DNA from: Eledone cirrhosa
Lineage: Eukaryota
Assembly (NCBI GenBank): GCA_964016885.1
Contig: OZ024749.1
Coordinates: 17,856,001-17,920,000, forward strand
Length of the DNA stretch: 64,000 nt
Direction of reading: 5' to 3'
This document shows positions 12,314 to 23,633 of the stretch, in pieces. Each line of letters begins with the position of its first letter. The first letter of the stretch is position 1. The position numbers and the translations under genes are program-made. The notes beneath the pieces are model-generated. The model was not told the origin of the DNA. It saw nothing but the letters and a program-made list of their open reading frames with translations, and did not search any database.

Positions 12314-12449
12314 CAGTTGTATTGGATAATATCGCTGCTATTTCTAGCAGTTAGAAAGTCTACGTACAGGTTTTCTTATTGATATATAATTGATATTTTA
12401 CTGAGTGATACTTTCTGATCTACAATCAATTAAATACGATTGGAACTGT
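8283..12449 (+). repeat. Right arm of giant inverted repeat
   Basis: Starts aattaattatatcgtgtaatcataaac (reverse complement of 8011-8037) and ends ggaactgt (reverse complement of acagttcc at 3703). Confidence 0.95.
12059..12213 (+). ncRNA. Type I hammerhead ribozyme motif with palindromic stem III and long stem II
   Basis: Stem I ttcattattt (12059-68) pairs with aaatagtgag (12204-13). Core CTGAAGA is at 12069-75. Stem II spans 12076-12191 (gtatatatgtgtt/aacacatatatac; ggtatgtatatttaa/ttgaatatgcatacc). GAAA is at 12192-95, followed by the ACGATCGT palindrome and a GUU cleavage triplet at 12201-03. The core-proximal stem II pair is a C-A mismatch. Confidence 0.75.
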
Positions 12450-12789
12450 CACGTCTTGGGATTGTGTGCGTATGTGTGTGTGTTTGTATGTATGTGTGTG
12501 TATGTTTGTGTGTGTATGTGTTTGTGTGTGTGTGTACATGATGGATATTTTAAAATACACATTGTTCAACCGACACGGCTAACGATACATTTCTCTATGT
12601 TCACATTTTAATGACACATATCTGTAAATAAAACTTGCTCTTTTTGAATACCGTCTCATTTTTTTTTATTGAAAGAGTTGATCAGGTAAAATTATCCTCC
12701 AAGTTAAACATACAACACGGAAATTGACCATTAACATTGCAGCCCTACCAAGAACTGACACCGTCCAATAGACGGGGGTCATTTTCTAG
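12313..12789 (+). mobile_element. Putative non-autonomous Helitron-like element (3' end supported, 5' end uncertain)
   Basis: GC-rich hairpin tgac-a-ccgtc caata gacgg-gg-gtca (12756-12781) is followed closely by CTAG (12786-89) and then T, the Helitron 3' signature. There is an internal (GT)n-rich tract at ~12464-12535. Confidence 0.5.
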
Positions 12790-12797
12790 TATATATA

Positions 12798-12860
<63 letters not shown>
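12790..12860. repeat. (TA)n microsatellite at the 3' boundary of Naiad element B
   Basis: Direct observation. Confidence 0.95.
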
Positions 12861-12863
<3 letters not shown>

Positions 12864-12884
12864 GTATAGAAACAATACAAAATA

Positions 12885-12945
12885 ATTACCTCATTACCAG
12901 AGGTTTCCCGAATACGAAAGAAACGTCTTCATTCGTTCGTCGGAC
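12885..12945 (-). ncRNA. Degenerate hammerhead-like motif at 3' end of element B
   Basis: Minus strand reads CCGACGA a-cgaat-gaagacgtttctttcgt-attcg-g GAA ACCTC tggtaat GAGGT A. Core order, stem II, a 5-bp stem III and a GUA triplet are present; stem I is poor and the core has C in place of U4. Confidence 0.4.
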
Positions 12946-14107
12946 GAGGCAATATAAAACATAGATAAATATTTGGAAAGTCTCCTCAAGAAATGCAAGA
13001 AAAATAGACATAAAATATATTAAAAAAATTTTTAAGAAATATAGTTAGGTGTGTGTATATGTATGTATACGTATGTATATACACTCACAGATATACATAT
13101 GTATGTATGTACAAATGTGTGTGTATAGTGAAAATGTGTGCGTAAATATATGCATAAGGGCAAGTATATCTGTGTATATGTAACGATAGACACAGACATG
13201 ATGTGAATGTCTGGTTGACAGGTATACAGAAAAAACAGGGTATTAGATACATTATAAGAATATGAAGACACGCGAATAAACACACACGCACGCGCGTACA
13301 CTTATATCCGGAAGAAAAAGAGGTAAGGGAGTGTAATAGTAAAAAGAAAGTAACATTCTCGATATAATTATAAAAATGGAACAATAAATTAGAAAGAAAA
13401 AATTGCAAAGGAAAGAAAAGAAAATAAACAAGGTACACGCGTACATACACACATATATCTAAAAGAAACATATATCTATAAAAAATATATATATACACGC
13501 AATACGTGCAGACAAAAGCGTATGCAAGCGTACATACACACACAGGATGCACATATATATACATACACATCGCCCCATGTATATCTAATCACGCGTACGT
13601 ACGCGACTGTATACACACACACACATACACACACATAAATATATATATATATATACATACGCAAACATACATATCCATACATGCAGTACGTACACACATA
13701 CACACATACATACACTCACGCACGTTGACCCGCTAACATGCACACACATAAAAATAAGAATGTAAACAAACATAGATGAAAAAACACAGATATAAAAACA
13801 CACATACATACACATATATATATATACACGCACGCTCGCGCACATACGGAGGCGTTCGTGTAAATATACAGAAAGTATACACACGTAAAGACGCTCAGAC
13901 ACATAGATACAGGGTGTAAAAACAGCCTTGTGAATAAGTGAGTAAAAATATAAAAATATATCAAATTGGCTGCGAAATAACAGAAAATATCTGGAGTGGA
14001 AAACGCAAGTGACATGTGTAATCAGGTAGTGAAGAAAATAGGGAAGTAAAAGGTGGAAAGTGAATTGGAGAGTAAAAGGGGAGGGGGTTTAGTGGTGGAT
14101 GTGAAGT

Positions 14108-14160
14108 AAAAATAAAAATAAAAATAAAAATAAAAATAAAAATAAAAATAAAAATAAAAT
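14108..14160. repeat. (AAAAAT)n/(AAAAT)n simple repeat in the 3' UTR of element B
   Basis: Direct observation. Confidence 0.9.
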
Positions 14161-14235
14161 TAATAATAAGGTAAAAAATGAAAGTAACTCAGAAAAGGTA
14201 GTCTTAAAGAGAATAATTTGAGTGAAGAATAAGAG

Positions 14236-15867
14236 CTATGGAGGATAAGTATCTGAAAGTGTGTTAAGTTTATATGAGCTGGAAAGCAGGTGTGATTTCA
14301 TGTGTGGGCAACTGGTGAAATTTCTGTCCTTTGTGTTTAGGCAGGTCTTTGGTGATTTAAGGTTTTGCAAAATCCAATATTTTTCATTTATGCAGAGTGT
14401 GCATTTTCTTGTTCCTCTTGCATATTCTTTAGATTGGTTCAAAATTGACCAATCCAATTTATATTGATACCTTGGTCTTTCAAATCCCATATTCTGCTAA
14501 CCAGAGCTGTTGTAAATCTTTTTTCTGGATGTCGAAAGGATGCGACATGTGAGTAATAACGCGTTTTGAATTTGTCCTTGCGTCATACCCACATATCGTT
14601 CACTGGTGGCTGGTTGGTTGATGCTGATGGTTGTCACTTTAGCGCATATACAATGGCTTTGGTATTGCATTTACCTTGTAATGGGCATTCACTTTTGATT
14701 CTACAGGAGCAATTTGATGTTCTCTAGGTGATTTTTTGTTGATTATATAGGATTTAATAGGGGGACCGCAGGAGTAGCTAATTTTTTACACAGTTTTCTA
14801 TTAAAGATCTTATAGTATCTATGTGTTCTAGGGAAATGTTTATCTAAGAGCTCTAGGAATTTTTTGCCTACATTAGTTTTAACTGCTAGAGAGTAAGGGG
14901 GTGTGAACCAGATTATTTTTCTTTTCCTGTTTTTATGTTTAATAGAGTTGGGTATGTATTTAATCGGTTCGCTAAAACCGCTATTTTTAGAGGCTTTATT
15001 ATAGTAGGGGGATGCCTTATTGAAAATAGCTTCTGAGGAAGAGAGGGTGGAGATCCTACGGCTAATATTAGGGATAAGGTTTTAAAAGACTATAGGAGGA
15101 TGCAAGAGCCTTTATTTATATATTTTAAATTTTCATTAGGTTTATGGTATGGTTTAGAAGAAGCAGTAGGCAAATCTAGGTTTATATCTAGGAAATTTAC
15201 ATTGGAAAGGTTAGTGGTCATAGTAATTTTAAGATTAAAACTAGCAAAGGTTTTTATTAAGTCTTTCCTTAATCTATCTAAGTTATGGCCTATGGTGGTA
15301 TGGGAAAGTATTAGACCATCGTCGCGATAAGCCCAAAAATATGGTTTAGGGAATTTTTCTTTAAGTGTGTGTAGGAGAAATAGGCCGACTAAATCACAAA
15401 CATCAGCACTGTCATAAGAGCCCATCGAGACATCGAAGTGTTATTATCAGTAAAGAGTAGAGTGTTTCTAGCGTGCAAGATGACATTCTCTTCAATATCA
15501 GAGATATTGGTAAACTTTCTAGCGAAATTTAAAGCTTTGGCTAAAAGAGTCTGAGTGATAGATGGGTAGAAATCTACAATGTCAAATTGGGTGAATCTAG
15601 AACTATTTTTGTTATTAATTTTATTAAACCAATGTACTACGGAAGAGCTATTTATCCATTGGAGTAATTTAGACTTACTTCTAATATGTGTATTTATATT
15701 ATTTAAAATTTTTTTGCTGGCAAGACCAATATCAGTCTTAGCAGGGTTGATTAATCTACAACTAGGACGATTAATAAAGTCAGGTTTGTGATCTTTAAGG
15801 GTGATATATGCATTACGTTTAGCAAGTTTTTCTGTCCTATTATCTATTTTTAAAGAAACAGCTAATT

Positions 15868-15868
<1 letters not shown>
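14236..15868 (-). pseudogene. Penelope-like (Naiad) RT-GIY-YIG polyprotein, frameshifted and 5'-truncated
   Basis: Manual translation gives AYITLKDHKPDFINRPSCRLINPAKTDIG..QW..FTQFDIVDFYPSI..FDVSMGSYDSADVCDLVGLFLL..YRDDGL..VNFLDINLDL..IIWFTPPYS..KISYSC..NCSCRIKSECPLQGKCNTKAIVY..YVGMT..FKTRYYSH..WSIL..CTLCINEK..SCPH, with several frameshifts and deletions (e.g. ~15440, ~15100, ~14790, ~14640). Confidence 0.92.
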
Positions 15869-15869
<1 letters not shown>

Positions 15870-15932
<63 letters not shown>

Positions 15933-16233
15933 TCATATATGTACGTATGTATATTGGGTATGTATGTGTGTTTGCACGTATGTATGGTGTGTATATGTGT
16001 ACACAGGGTTTTGGTATATGTACGTTTGGTGAACATATGTGTATTTACCTGTAGGTATGTGTGAGTGTGCGTTCTATACGCATTTATGCGTGTATATTTA
16101 TATATGTATATATAATTATATGTATATACACACACAAACATATATTTATATCTGTATTTGGTGTATATGTCCGTATGTGTGCGGGTGTATGTGTCACCCC
16201 GGTTTACGTCCGTGTGCGCATGTTTATGTGTAC
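15870..16233. repeat. (TA)n followed by TA/TG-rich low-complexity sequence
   Basis: Direct observation; marks the 5' truncation point of element B. Confidence 0.9.
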
Positions 16234-16433
16234 NNNNNNNNNNNNNNNNNNNNNNNNNNNNNNNNNNNNNNNNNNNNNNNNNNNNNNNNNNNNNNNNNNN
16301 NNNNNNNNNNNNNNNNNNNNNNNNNNNNNNNNNNNNNNNNNNNNNNNNNNNNNNNNNNNNNNNNNNNNNNNNNNNNNNNNNNNNNNNNNNNNNNNNNNNN
16401 NNNNNNNNNNNNNNNNNNNNNNNNNNNNNNNNN
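16234..16433. other. Assembly gap (200 N)
   Basis: Run of exactly 200 N, probably a fixed-size scaffold join rather than a measured gap. Confidence 0.98.
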
Positions 16434-16586
16434 AATTCTGTCTCGCTGTTCTAAATAATCTTCTCCACGCTTGTTCTAAATAATCTTCTCGCTACCATTT
16501 TGGCCGAAAATTTTTCCATCATCCATAAAAATGGCTTCTCTCGGCCCTCTAAATCGCTATCACCCCCACTCTCTCTATCATATACG

Positions 16587-16634
<48 letters not shown>

Positions 16635-19600
16635 CGCACCAAATATAAATAAGCCTATTACGAGGCACAAAACGCAGAATTTGTCATATTTTATTAATGG
16701 TCAGTCCACTTCTTCATCCATATATCTATAATCGCCCACAATCCAAATCTTACTTCATAATTGCTATTCTATAATTTTGTCTTACTGTTCTAAATAATCT
16801 TCTCGCTACCATTTTGGCCGAAAATGTTTCCAGCATTCATAAAAATGGCTTCTCTCGGCCCTCTAAATCGCTATCACCCCCACTCTCTCTATCATATACG
16901 TCCCTCTCTCAATCTCTCTCTCTCACTCCCTACTCGCACCAAATATAAATAAGCCTGTTACGAGGGACAAAACTCAGAATTTGTCAACTCTTACTAATGG
17001 TCAGTCCACTTCTTCATCCATATGACTATAATCTCCCACAATCCAAATCCTACTTCATAATTGCTATTCTATAATTCTGTCTCGCTGTCTAAATAATCTT
17101 CTCCACGCTTGTTCTAAATAATCTTCTCGCTACCATTTTGGCCGAAAATTTTTCCAGCATTCATAAAAATGGCTTCTCTCGGCCTCTAACTCGCTATCGC
17201 CCCCACTCTTTCTATCATATACCTCCCTCTCTCAATCTCTCTCTCTCTCTCTCACTCCCTACTCGCAACAGATATAAATAAGCCTATTACGAGGGACAAA
17301 ACTCAGAATTCGTCAACTCTTATTTAATGGTCAGTCCACTTCTTCATCCATATATCTATAATCTCCCAGAATCCAAATCCTACTTCATAATTGCGATTCT
17401 ATAATTCTGTCTTACTGTTCTAAATAATCTTCTCTACGCTTGTTCTAAATAATCTTCTCGCTACCATTTTGGCCGAAAATTTTTCCAGCATTCATAAAAA
17501 TGGCTTCTCTCGGCCCTCTAAATCGCTATCACCCCCACTCTCTCTATCATATACGCCCCTCTCTCAATCTCTCTCTCTCTCTCACTCCCTACTCCCACCA
17601 AATATAAATATAAACGAGGGACAAAACTCAGAATTTGTCATCTCTTATTAATGGTCAGTCCACTTCTACGAAATGTAATGTATAAATAACATTTTCTTCT
17701 TGTCTCCCCCACTTTTCGGTTCATTCATCCATATTACTATAATTTTGGCCGAAAATTTTTCCAGCATTCATAAAAATGGCTTCTGTCGGCCCTCTAAATC
17801 GCTATCACCCCCACTCTCTCTATCATATACGTCCCTCTCTCAATCTCTCTCTCTCACTCCCTACTCGAACCAAATATAAATAAGCCTATTACGAGGGACA
17901 AAACTCAGAATTTGTCAACTCTTGTTAATGGTCAGTCCACTACTTCATCCATATATCAATAATCGACCACAATCCAAATCCTACTTCATAATTGCTATTC
18001 TATAATTATGTCTCACTGTTCTAAATAATCTTCTCCACGTCCCTACTCGCACCAAATATAAATATAAACGAGGGACAAAACTTAGAATTTGTCAACTCTT
18101 ATTAATGGTCAGTCCATTTCTTCATCCATATATCTATAATCGCCCACAATCCAAATCCTACTTCATAATTGCTATTCTATAATTCTGTCTTACTGTTCTA
18201 AATAACCTTCTCAACGCTTGTTCTAAATAATCTTCTCGCTACCATTTTGGCCACAATTTTTTCAGCATTCATAAAAATGGCTTCTCTCGGCCCTCTAAAT
18301 CGCGATCACCCCCACTCTCTCTATCATATACGTCCCTCTCTTAATCTCTCTCTCTCTCACACCCTACTCACACCAAATATAAATAAGCCTATTACGAGGG
18401 ACAAAACTCAGAATTTGTCAACTCTTATTAATGGTCAGTCCACTTCTTCATCCATATATCTATCATCGCCCACAATCCAAATCCTACTTCATAATTGCTA
18501 TTCTATAATTCTGTCTTACTGTTCTAAATAACCTTCTCCACGCTTGTTCTAAATAATCTTCTCGCTACCATTTTGGCCACAATTTTTCCAGCATTCATAA
18601 AAATGGCTTCTCTCGGCCCTCTAAATCGCTATCAACCCCACTCTCTCTATCATATACGTCCATCTCTCAATCTCTCTCTCTCTCTCACTCCCTACTCGCA
18701 CCAAATATAAATATAAACAAGGGACAAAACTCAGAATTTGTCATCTCTTATTAATGCTCAGTCCACTTCTACGAAATTTAATGTATTAATAACATATTCT
18801 TCTTGTCTCCTCACCCTTCGGTTCATTCATCCATATAACTATAATCTCCCCGAATCCAAATCCTACTTCATAATTGCTATTCCATAATTCTTTCTCACTG
18901 TTCTAAATAATCTTCTCCAAGCTTGTTCTAAATAATCTTCTCGCTACCATTTTGGCCGAAAATTTTTCCAGCATTCATGAAAATGGCTTCTCTCGGCCCT
19001 CTAACTCGCTATCAACGCCCCTCTCTCAATTTCTCTCTCTCTCTTTCACTCCCTACTCGCACCAAATATAAATATAAACGAGGGACAAAACTTAGCATTT
19101 GTCAACTCTTATTAATGGTCAGTCCATTTCTTCATCCATATATCTATAATCTCCCCGAATCCAAATCCTACTTCATAATTGCTATTCCATAATTCTTTCT
19201 CACTGTTCTAAATAATCTTCTCCACGCTTGTTCTAAATAATCTTCTCGCTACCATTTTGGCCGAAAATTTTCCAGCATTCATACAAATGGTTTCTCTCGG
19301 CCCTCTAAATCGCTATCAACCCCACTCTCTCTATCATATACGCCCCTCTCTCAATCTCTCGCTCTCTCTCTCATTCCCTAGTCGCACCAAATATGAATAA
19401 GCCTATTACGAGGGACAAAGCTCAGAATTTGTCAACTCTTATTAATGGTCAGTCCACTTCTTCATTCATATATCAATAATCGCCCACAATCCAAATCCTA
19501 CTTCATAATTGCTATTCTATAATTCTGTCTTACTGTTCTAAATAATCTTCTCCACGCTTGTTCTAAAAAATCTTCCCGCTACCATTTTGGCCGAAAGTTT

Positions 19601-19685
19601 TTCCAGTATTCATAAAAATGGCTTCTCTCGGCCCTCTATATCGCTATCACCCCCACTCTCTCTATCATATACGTCCCTCTCTCAA

Positions 19686-19717
<32 letters not shown>

Positions 19718-21511
19718 ACTCTCTACTCGCACCAAATATAAATAAGCCTGTTACGAGGGACAAAACTAAGAATTTGGCATCTCTTATTAATGGTCAGCCC
19801 ACTTCTACGAAATGTAATGTATAAATAACATTTTCTTCTTGTCTCCCCACCCTTCGGTTCATTCATCCACATATCTATAATCGCCCAGAATCCAAATCCT
19901 TCTTCATAATTGCTATTCTATAATTCTGTCTTACCTTTCTAAATAATCTTTTCCACGCTTGTTCTCAATAATATTCTCGCTACCATTTTGGCCGAAAATA
20001 TTTCCAGGATTCATAAAAATGGCTTCTCTCGGCCCTCTAAATTGCTATCACCCCCCACTATCTCTATCATATACGTACCTCTCTCAATCTCTCTCTCTCT
20101 CTCACTCCCTACTCGCACCAAATATAAAAAAGCCTACTACGAGGGACAAAACTCAGAATTTGTCAACTCTTATTAATGGTCAGTCCACTTATTCATCCAT
20201 AGATCTATAATCACCCACAATCTAAATCCTACTTCATAATTGCTATTCTATAATTCTGTCTCACTGTTCTAAATAATCTTCTCCACGCTTGTTCTAAATA
20301 ATCTTGTCGCTACCATTTTTGCCAAAAATTTTTGCAGCATTGATAATAATGGTTTCTTTCGGCTCCCTAAATCGCTATCACCCCCACTCTCTCTATCATA
20401 TACGTCCCTCTCTCAATCTCTCTCTGTCACTTCCTACTCGCACCAAATAAAATAAGCCTGTTACGAGGGACAAAACTCAAAATTTGTCATCTCTTATTAA
20501 TGGTCAGTCCACTTTTACAAAATGTAATGTATAAATAACATTTTCTTCCTGTCTCCCCACCCTTCTGTTCATTCATCCATATAACTATAATCCCCCAGAA
20601 TGCAAATCCTACTTCATAATTGCTATTCTATAATTCTGTCTTACTGTTCTAAATAATTTTCTCCACGCTTGTTCTAAATAATCTTCGCGCTACCATTTTG
20701 GCCGAAAATATATCCGGGATTCATAAAAATGGCTTCTCTCGGCCTCGAAATCGCTATCACCCCCCACTATCTCTATCATATACGTCCCTCTCTCAATCTC
20801 TCTCTCTCTCTCACTCCCTACTCGCACCAAATATAAATAAGCCTATTACGAGGGACAAAACTCATAATTTGTCATCTCTTATTAATGGTCAGTCCACTTC
20901 TACGAAATGTAATGTATAAATAACATTTTCTTCTTGTCTCCCCCACCCTTCGGTTCATTCATCCATATATGTATAATCGCCCAGAATCCAAATCCTTCTT
21001 CATAATTGCTATTCTGTATTACTGTTCTAAATAATCTTCTCCACGCTTGTTCCAAATAATCTTCTCGCTACCATTTTGGCCGAAACTTTTTCCAGCATTC
21101 ATAAAAATGGCTTCTCTCGGCCCTCTAAATCGCTATCACCCCCACTCTCTCTATCATACACGTCCCTCTCTTAATCTCTCTCTCTCTCTCTCTCACTCCC
21201 TACTCGCACCAAATATAAATAAGCCTATTACGAGCGACAAAACTGAGAATTTGTCAACTCTTATTAATGGTCAGTCCACTTCTTCATCCATATATCTATA
21301 ATCGCCCACAATCCAAATCCTACTTCTTAATTGCTATTCTATAATTCTGTCTCACTGTTCTAAATAATTTCTCCACGCTTGTTCTAAATAATCTTCTCGC
21401 TACCATTTTTGCCAAAAATTTTTCCATCATTCATAATAGTGGCTTCTTTTCCCTAAATCGCTATCACCCACACTCTCTCTATCATATACGTCCCTCTCTC
21501 AATCTCTCTCT

Positions 21512-21659
21512 CTGTCACTTCCTACACGCACCAAATAAAATAAGCCTGTTACGAGGGACAAAACTCAGAATTTGTCATCTCTTTAATAAGAGATGACAAA
21601 TTCTGAGTTTTGTCCCTCGTAACAGGCTTATTTTATTTGGTACGAGTAGGAAGTGACAG
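21512..21659. repeat. Fold-back palindrome (~70 bp arms) within the satellite
   Basis: ctgtcacttcctac...gtcatctctt taat aagagatgac...gtaggaagtgacag, with 2 mismatches. Confidence 0.92.
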
Positions 21660-21771
21660 TCCACTTCTACGAAATGTAATGTATAAATAACATTTTCTTC
21701 TTGTCTCCCCACCCTTCGGTTCATTGATCCATATATCATTTACGTCCCTCTCTCTCTCTCTCTCTCACTCT

Positions 21772-21849
<78 letters not shown>

Positions 21850-22080
21850 CTCTCTCTCTCTCTCTCTGTCTCTCTCACTCACTCACTCCCTACTCGCACC
21901 AAATATAAATAAGCCTGTTACGAGGGTCAAAACTCAGAGTTTGTCATCTCTTATTAATGGTCAGTCCACTCCTACGAAATGTAATGTATAAATAACATTT
22001 TTTGTTGTCTCCCCGCCCTTCGGTTCATTCATCCATATATCTATAATCGCCCAAATTCATCCATATATCTATAATCGCCC

Positions 22081-22559
22081 AAATGGTAGCGAGAAGATTA
22101 TTTAGACAGCGAGACAGAATTATAGAATAGCAATTATGAAGTAGGATTTGGATTGTGGGAGATTATAGTCATATGGATGAAGAAGTGGACTGACCATTAG
22201 TAAGAGTTGACAAATTCTGAGTTTTGTCCCTCGTAATAGGCTTATTTATATTTGGTTCGAGTAGGGAGTGAGAGAGAGAGATTGAGAGAGGGACGTATAT
22301 GATAGAGAGAGTGGGGGTGATAGCGATTTAGAGGGCCGAGAGAAGCCATTTTTATGAATGCTGGAAACATTTTCGGCCAAAATGGTAGCGAGAAGATTAT
22401 TTAGAACAGTAAGACAAAATTATAGAATAGCAATTATGAAGTAAGATTTGGATTGTGGGCGATTATAGATATATGGATGAAGAAGTGGACTGACCATTAA
22501 TAAAATATGACAAATTCTGCGTTTTGTGCCTCGTAATAGGCTTATTTATATTTGGTGCG

Positions 22560-22609
<50 letters not shown>

Positions 22610-23633
22610 CGTATATGATAGAGAGAGTGGGGGTGATAGCGATTTAGAGGGCCGAGAGAAGCCATTTTTATGGATGATGGAAAAACTTTCGGCCAAAATG
22701 GTAGCGAGAAGATTATTTAGAACAAGCGTGGAGAAGATTATTTAGAACAGCGAGACAGAATTATAGAATAGCAATTATGAAGTAGGATTTGGATTGTGGG
22801 CGATTATCGATATATGGATGAATGACCCGAAGGGTGGGGAGACAAGAAAAAACGTTATTTATACATTACATTTCGTAGAAGTGGACTGACCATTAATAAG
22901 AGATGACAAATTCTGAGTCTTGTCCCTCGTAACAGGCTTATTTATATTTGGTGCCAGTAGGGAGTGAGAGAGAGAAGGAGAGAGAGAGATTGAGAGAGGG
23001 TCGTATATCAAAGAGAGAGTGGGGGTGATAGCCGAGAGAAGCCATTTTAATGAATGCTGGAAAAACTTTCGGCCGAAATGGTAGCGAGAAGATTATTTAG
23101 AACAAGCGTGGAGAAGATTATTTGGAACAGTGAGACAGAATTATAGAATAGCAATTATCAAGTAGGATTTGAATTGTGGGCGATTATAGATATATGGATG
23201 AAGAAGTGGACTGACCATTAATAAGATTTGACAAATTCTGAGTTTTGTCCCTCGTAATAGGCTTATTTATATTTGGTGAGAGTATGGAGTGACAGAGAGA
23301 GAGAGATTGAGAGAGGGGCGTATATGATAGAGAGAGTGGGGGTGATAGCGATTTAAAGGGCTCAGAGAAGCCATTTTTATGAATGCTGCAAAAATTTTCG
23401 GCCAAAATAGTAGCGAGAAGATTATTTAGAACAAGCGCGGAGAAGATTATTTAGAACAGTAAGACAAAATTATAGAATAGCAATTATGAAGTAAGATTTG
23501 GATTGTGGGCGATTATAGATATATGGATGAAGAAGTGGACTGACTATTAATAAAATATGACAAATTCTGAGTTTTGTGCCTCGTAATAGGCTTATTTATA
23601 TTTGGTGCGAGTAGGGGAGTGAGAGAGAGAGAT
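22081..23633 (-). repeat. Inverted block of about 4-5 satellite monomers
   Basis: The purine-rich strand appears on +; ORF 22463..22696(-) mirrors 16531..16731(+). Confidence 0.95.

Larger units (their letters stand above)
12861..15869 (-). mobile_element. Penelope-like (Naiad-type) element B, 5'-truncated, inserted in (TA)n
   Basis: RT + GIY-YIG pseudogene at 14236-15868, a microsatellite-rich 3' region at ~13000-14200, a hammerhead-like motif at the 3' end, and (TA)n on both sides. Confidence 0.85.

Noticed and set aside
3703-12449. Giant inverted repeat as a DNA transposon or Polinton TIR pair
   Set aside because: There is no transposase or integrase between the arms and no clear target duplication. 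The right arm starts inside a PLE ORF and both arms carry hammerheads, which fits an inverted pLTR better.
14261-15791. Plus-strand ORFs 14261-14467, 15100-15330 and 15579-15791
   Set aside because: Antisense shadows of the Naiad RT/endonuclease pseudogene.
8102-15868. Selenocysteine recoding or SECIS, described for some Naiad elements
   Set aside because: The conserved Cys positions I could read are TGT/TGC codons, and no convincing SECIS fold was visible by eye. A SECISearch run would be needed to exclude it.
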